Assembly: GCF_001194135.2 (NCBI RefSeq)
Contig: NC_068990.1
Span: 69,590,975 to 69,654,974, forward strand
Source of the DNA: Octopus bimaculoides
Lineage: Eukaryota
Direction of reading: 5' to 3'
Length of the DNA: 64,000 bases
Of the stretch, positions 63,365 to 64,000 are shown in pieces (positions within the stretch are counted from its first letter, which is position 1; each line of letters begins with the position of its first letter). A program made the translations under genes and the position numbers. Below the pieces are notes generated by a model. The model saw only the letters and a program-made list of their open reading frames with translations, did not search any database and was not told where the DNA came from.

Positions 63365-63520
63365 GCGTTAGACTGCTTTGAAGCAGTTTTAGTCGAATGA
63401 ATCGACCCCAGTACTTATTTTTTAAAAGCCTGGTACTTATTCTATCGGACTGTTTTGCCAAACTGCTAAGTTACAAGGAAGTAACACACCAACGCCAGTT
63501 GTCAAGCGGTAGTGGGATAC
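63365..63520 (-). mobile_element. SINE family A, 3' half
   Basis: tagtcgaatgaatcgaccccagtactta...ttctatcgg...ctaagttac...ttgtcaagcggt. Confidence 0.7.
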
Positions 63521-63592
63521 ACACACACACACACACACTATCTATTCGCTCTATCTAATAAGGTTACTCTTTTTCTTTTTGAATAATTAGGC

Positions 63593-64000
63593 CAAATTCG
63601 CACAATTTTCTTATTCCAGTTCAAGCTACGCCGAAAAGCTGCTGAAACAGCTCGTGATATCAACGATGTGTTTGACCCAGAACCACTAATAAATGTACAG
63701 CACAATGGTGGTTCAAGAAATTTCGTAGCGGTGACGAGAGTCTTGAAGATGATAAGCGTAGTGGTCGGCCATCGGATGGTGACAACGATCAACTACGAAC
63801 CTTAGTGGAAGCCAATCCACGCACAGCTGTTCGAGAGCTTGCTTCTGAATTAGACGTAATATATACGGCAATTTCCAACCACTTGAAAGCGATTGGAAAA
63901 ACAAAAATACTTGAGAAATGGGTGCCGCACGAATTGAACGACAACCAAAAAAATGCCGTTTTGAAGTGTCGTCCTCCCTTCTTTTACGCAACAAGAACGA
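63593..64000 (+). mobile_element. mariner transposase N-terminal HTH region (frameshifted, runs off the window)
   Basis: QIRTIFLFQFKL..KAAETARDIN; WWFKKFRSGDESLEDDKRSGRP; KWVPHELN (mariner WVPHEL motif). Confidence 0.9.

Noticed and set aside
879-63371. Numerous ORFs of type YIYI/CVCV/THTH/poly-I/poly-R/poly-S and ORFs spanning X runs
   Set aside because: They are translations of microsatellites or read-through of N-gaps, with no protein features.

Overview
This is AT-rich eukaryotic genomic DNA dominated by microsatellites, with 17 N-gaps totalling about 7 kb. I find no intact host protein-coding gene, rRNA, tRNA gene or CRISPR array; nearly every long ORF in the supplied track is a microsatellite or N-gap read-through. 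The repeat content suggests a coleoid cephalopod, probably Octopus (inference). It comprises three tRNA-derived SINE families (here called A, B and C), several Dong/R4-type RLE non-LTR fragments, an RTE LINE 3' end, Penelope-like (PLE) fragments and a Gypsy LTR element lacking RT/RNase H. There are also mariner, Tigger/pogo, hAT and Helitron remnants, MITEs/foldbacks and an interstitial telomere-like array. The most interesting signal is a set of type I hammerhead ribozyme (HHR) motifs in three unrelated small repeat families. (1) A ~355-bp unit occurs as two direct copies plus one inverted partial copy (40691-41700); one copy has a near-canonical HHR at 41097-41146, resembling a retrozyme or PLE pseudo-LTR. 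(2) A minimal HHR followed by AATAAA lies at 39738-39777 (-). (3) A diverged dispersed repeat at 36781-37049 and 51845-52112 has two HHRs that show compensatory base changes, including a U3-A8 core variant. All ribozyme calls come from manual folding and are untested. Repeat boundaries are approximate (about +/-10-20 bp) unless stated otherwise.
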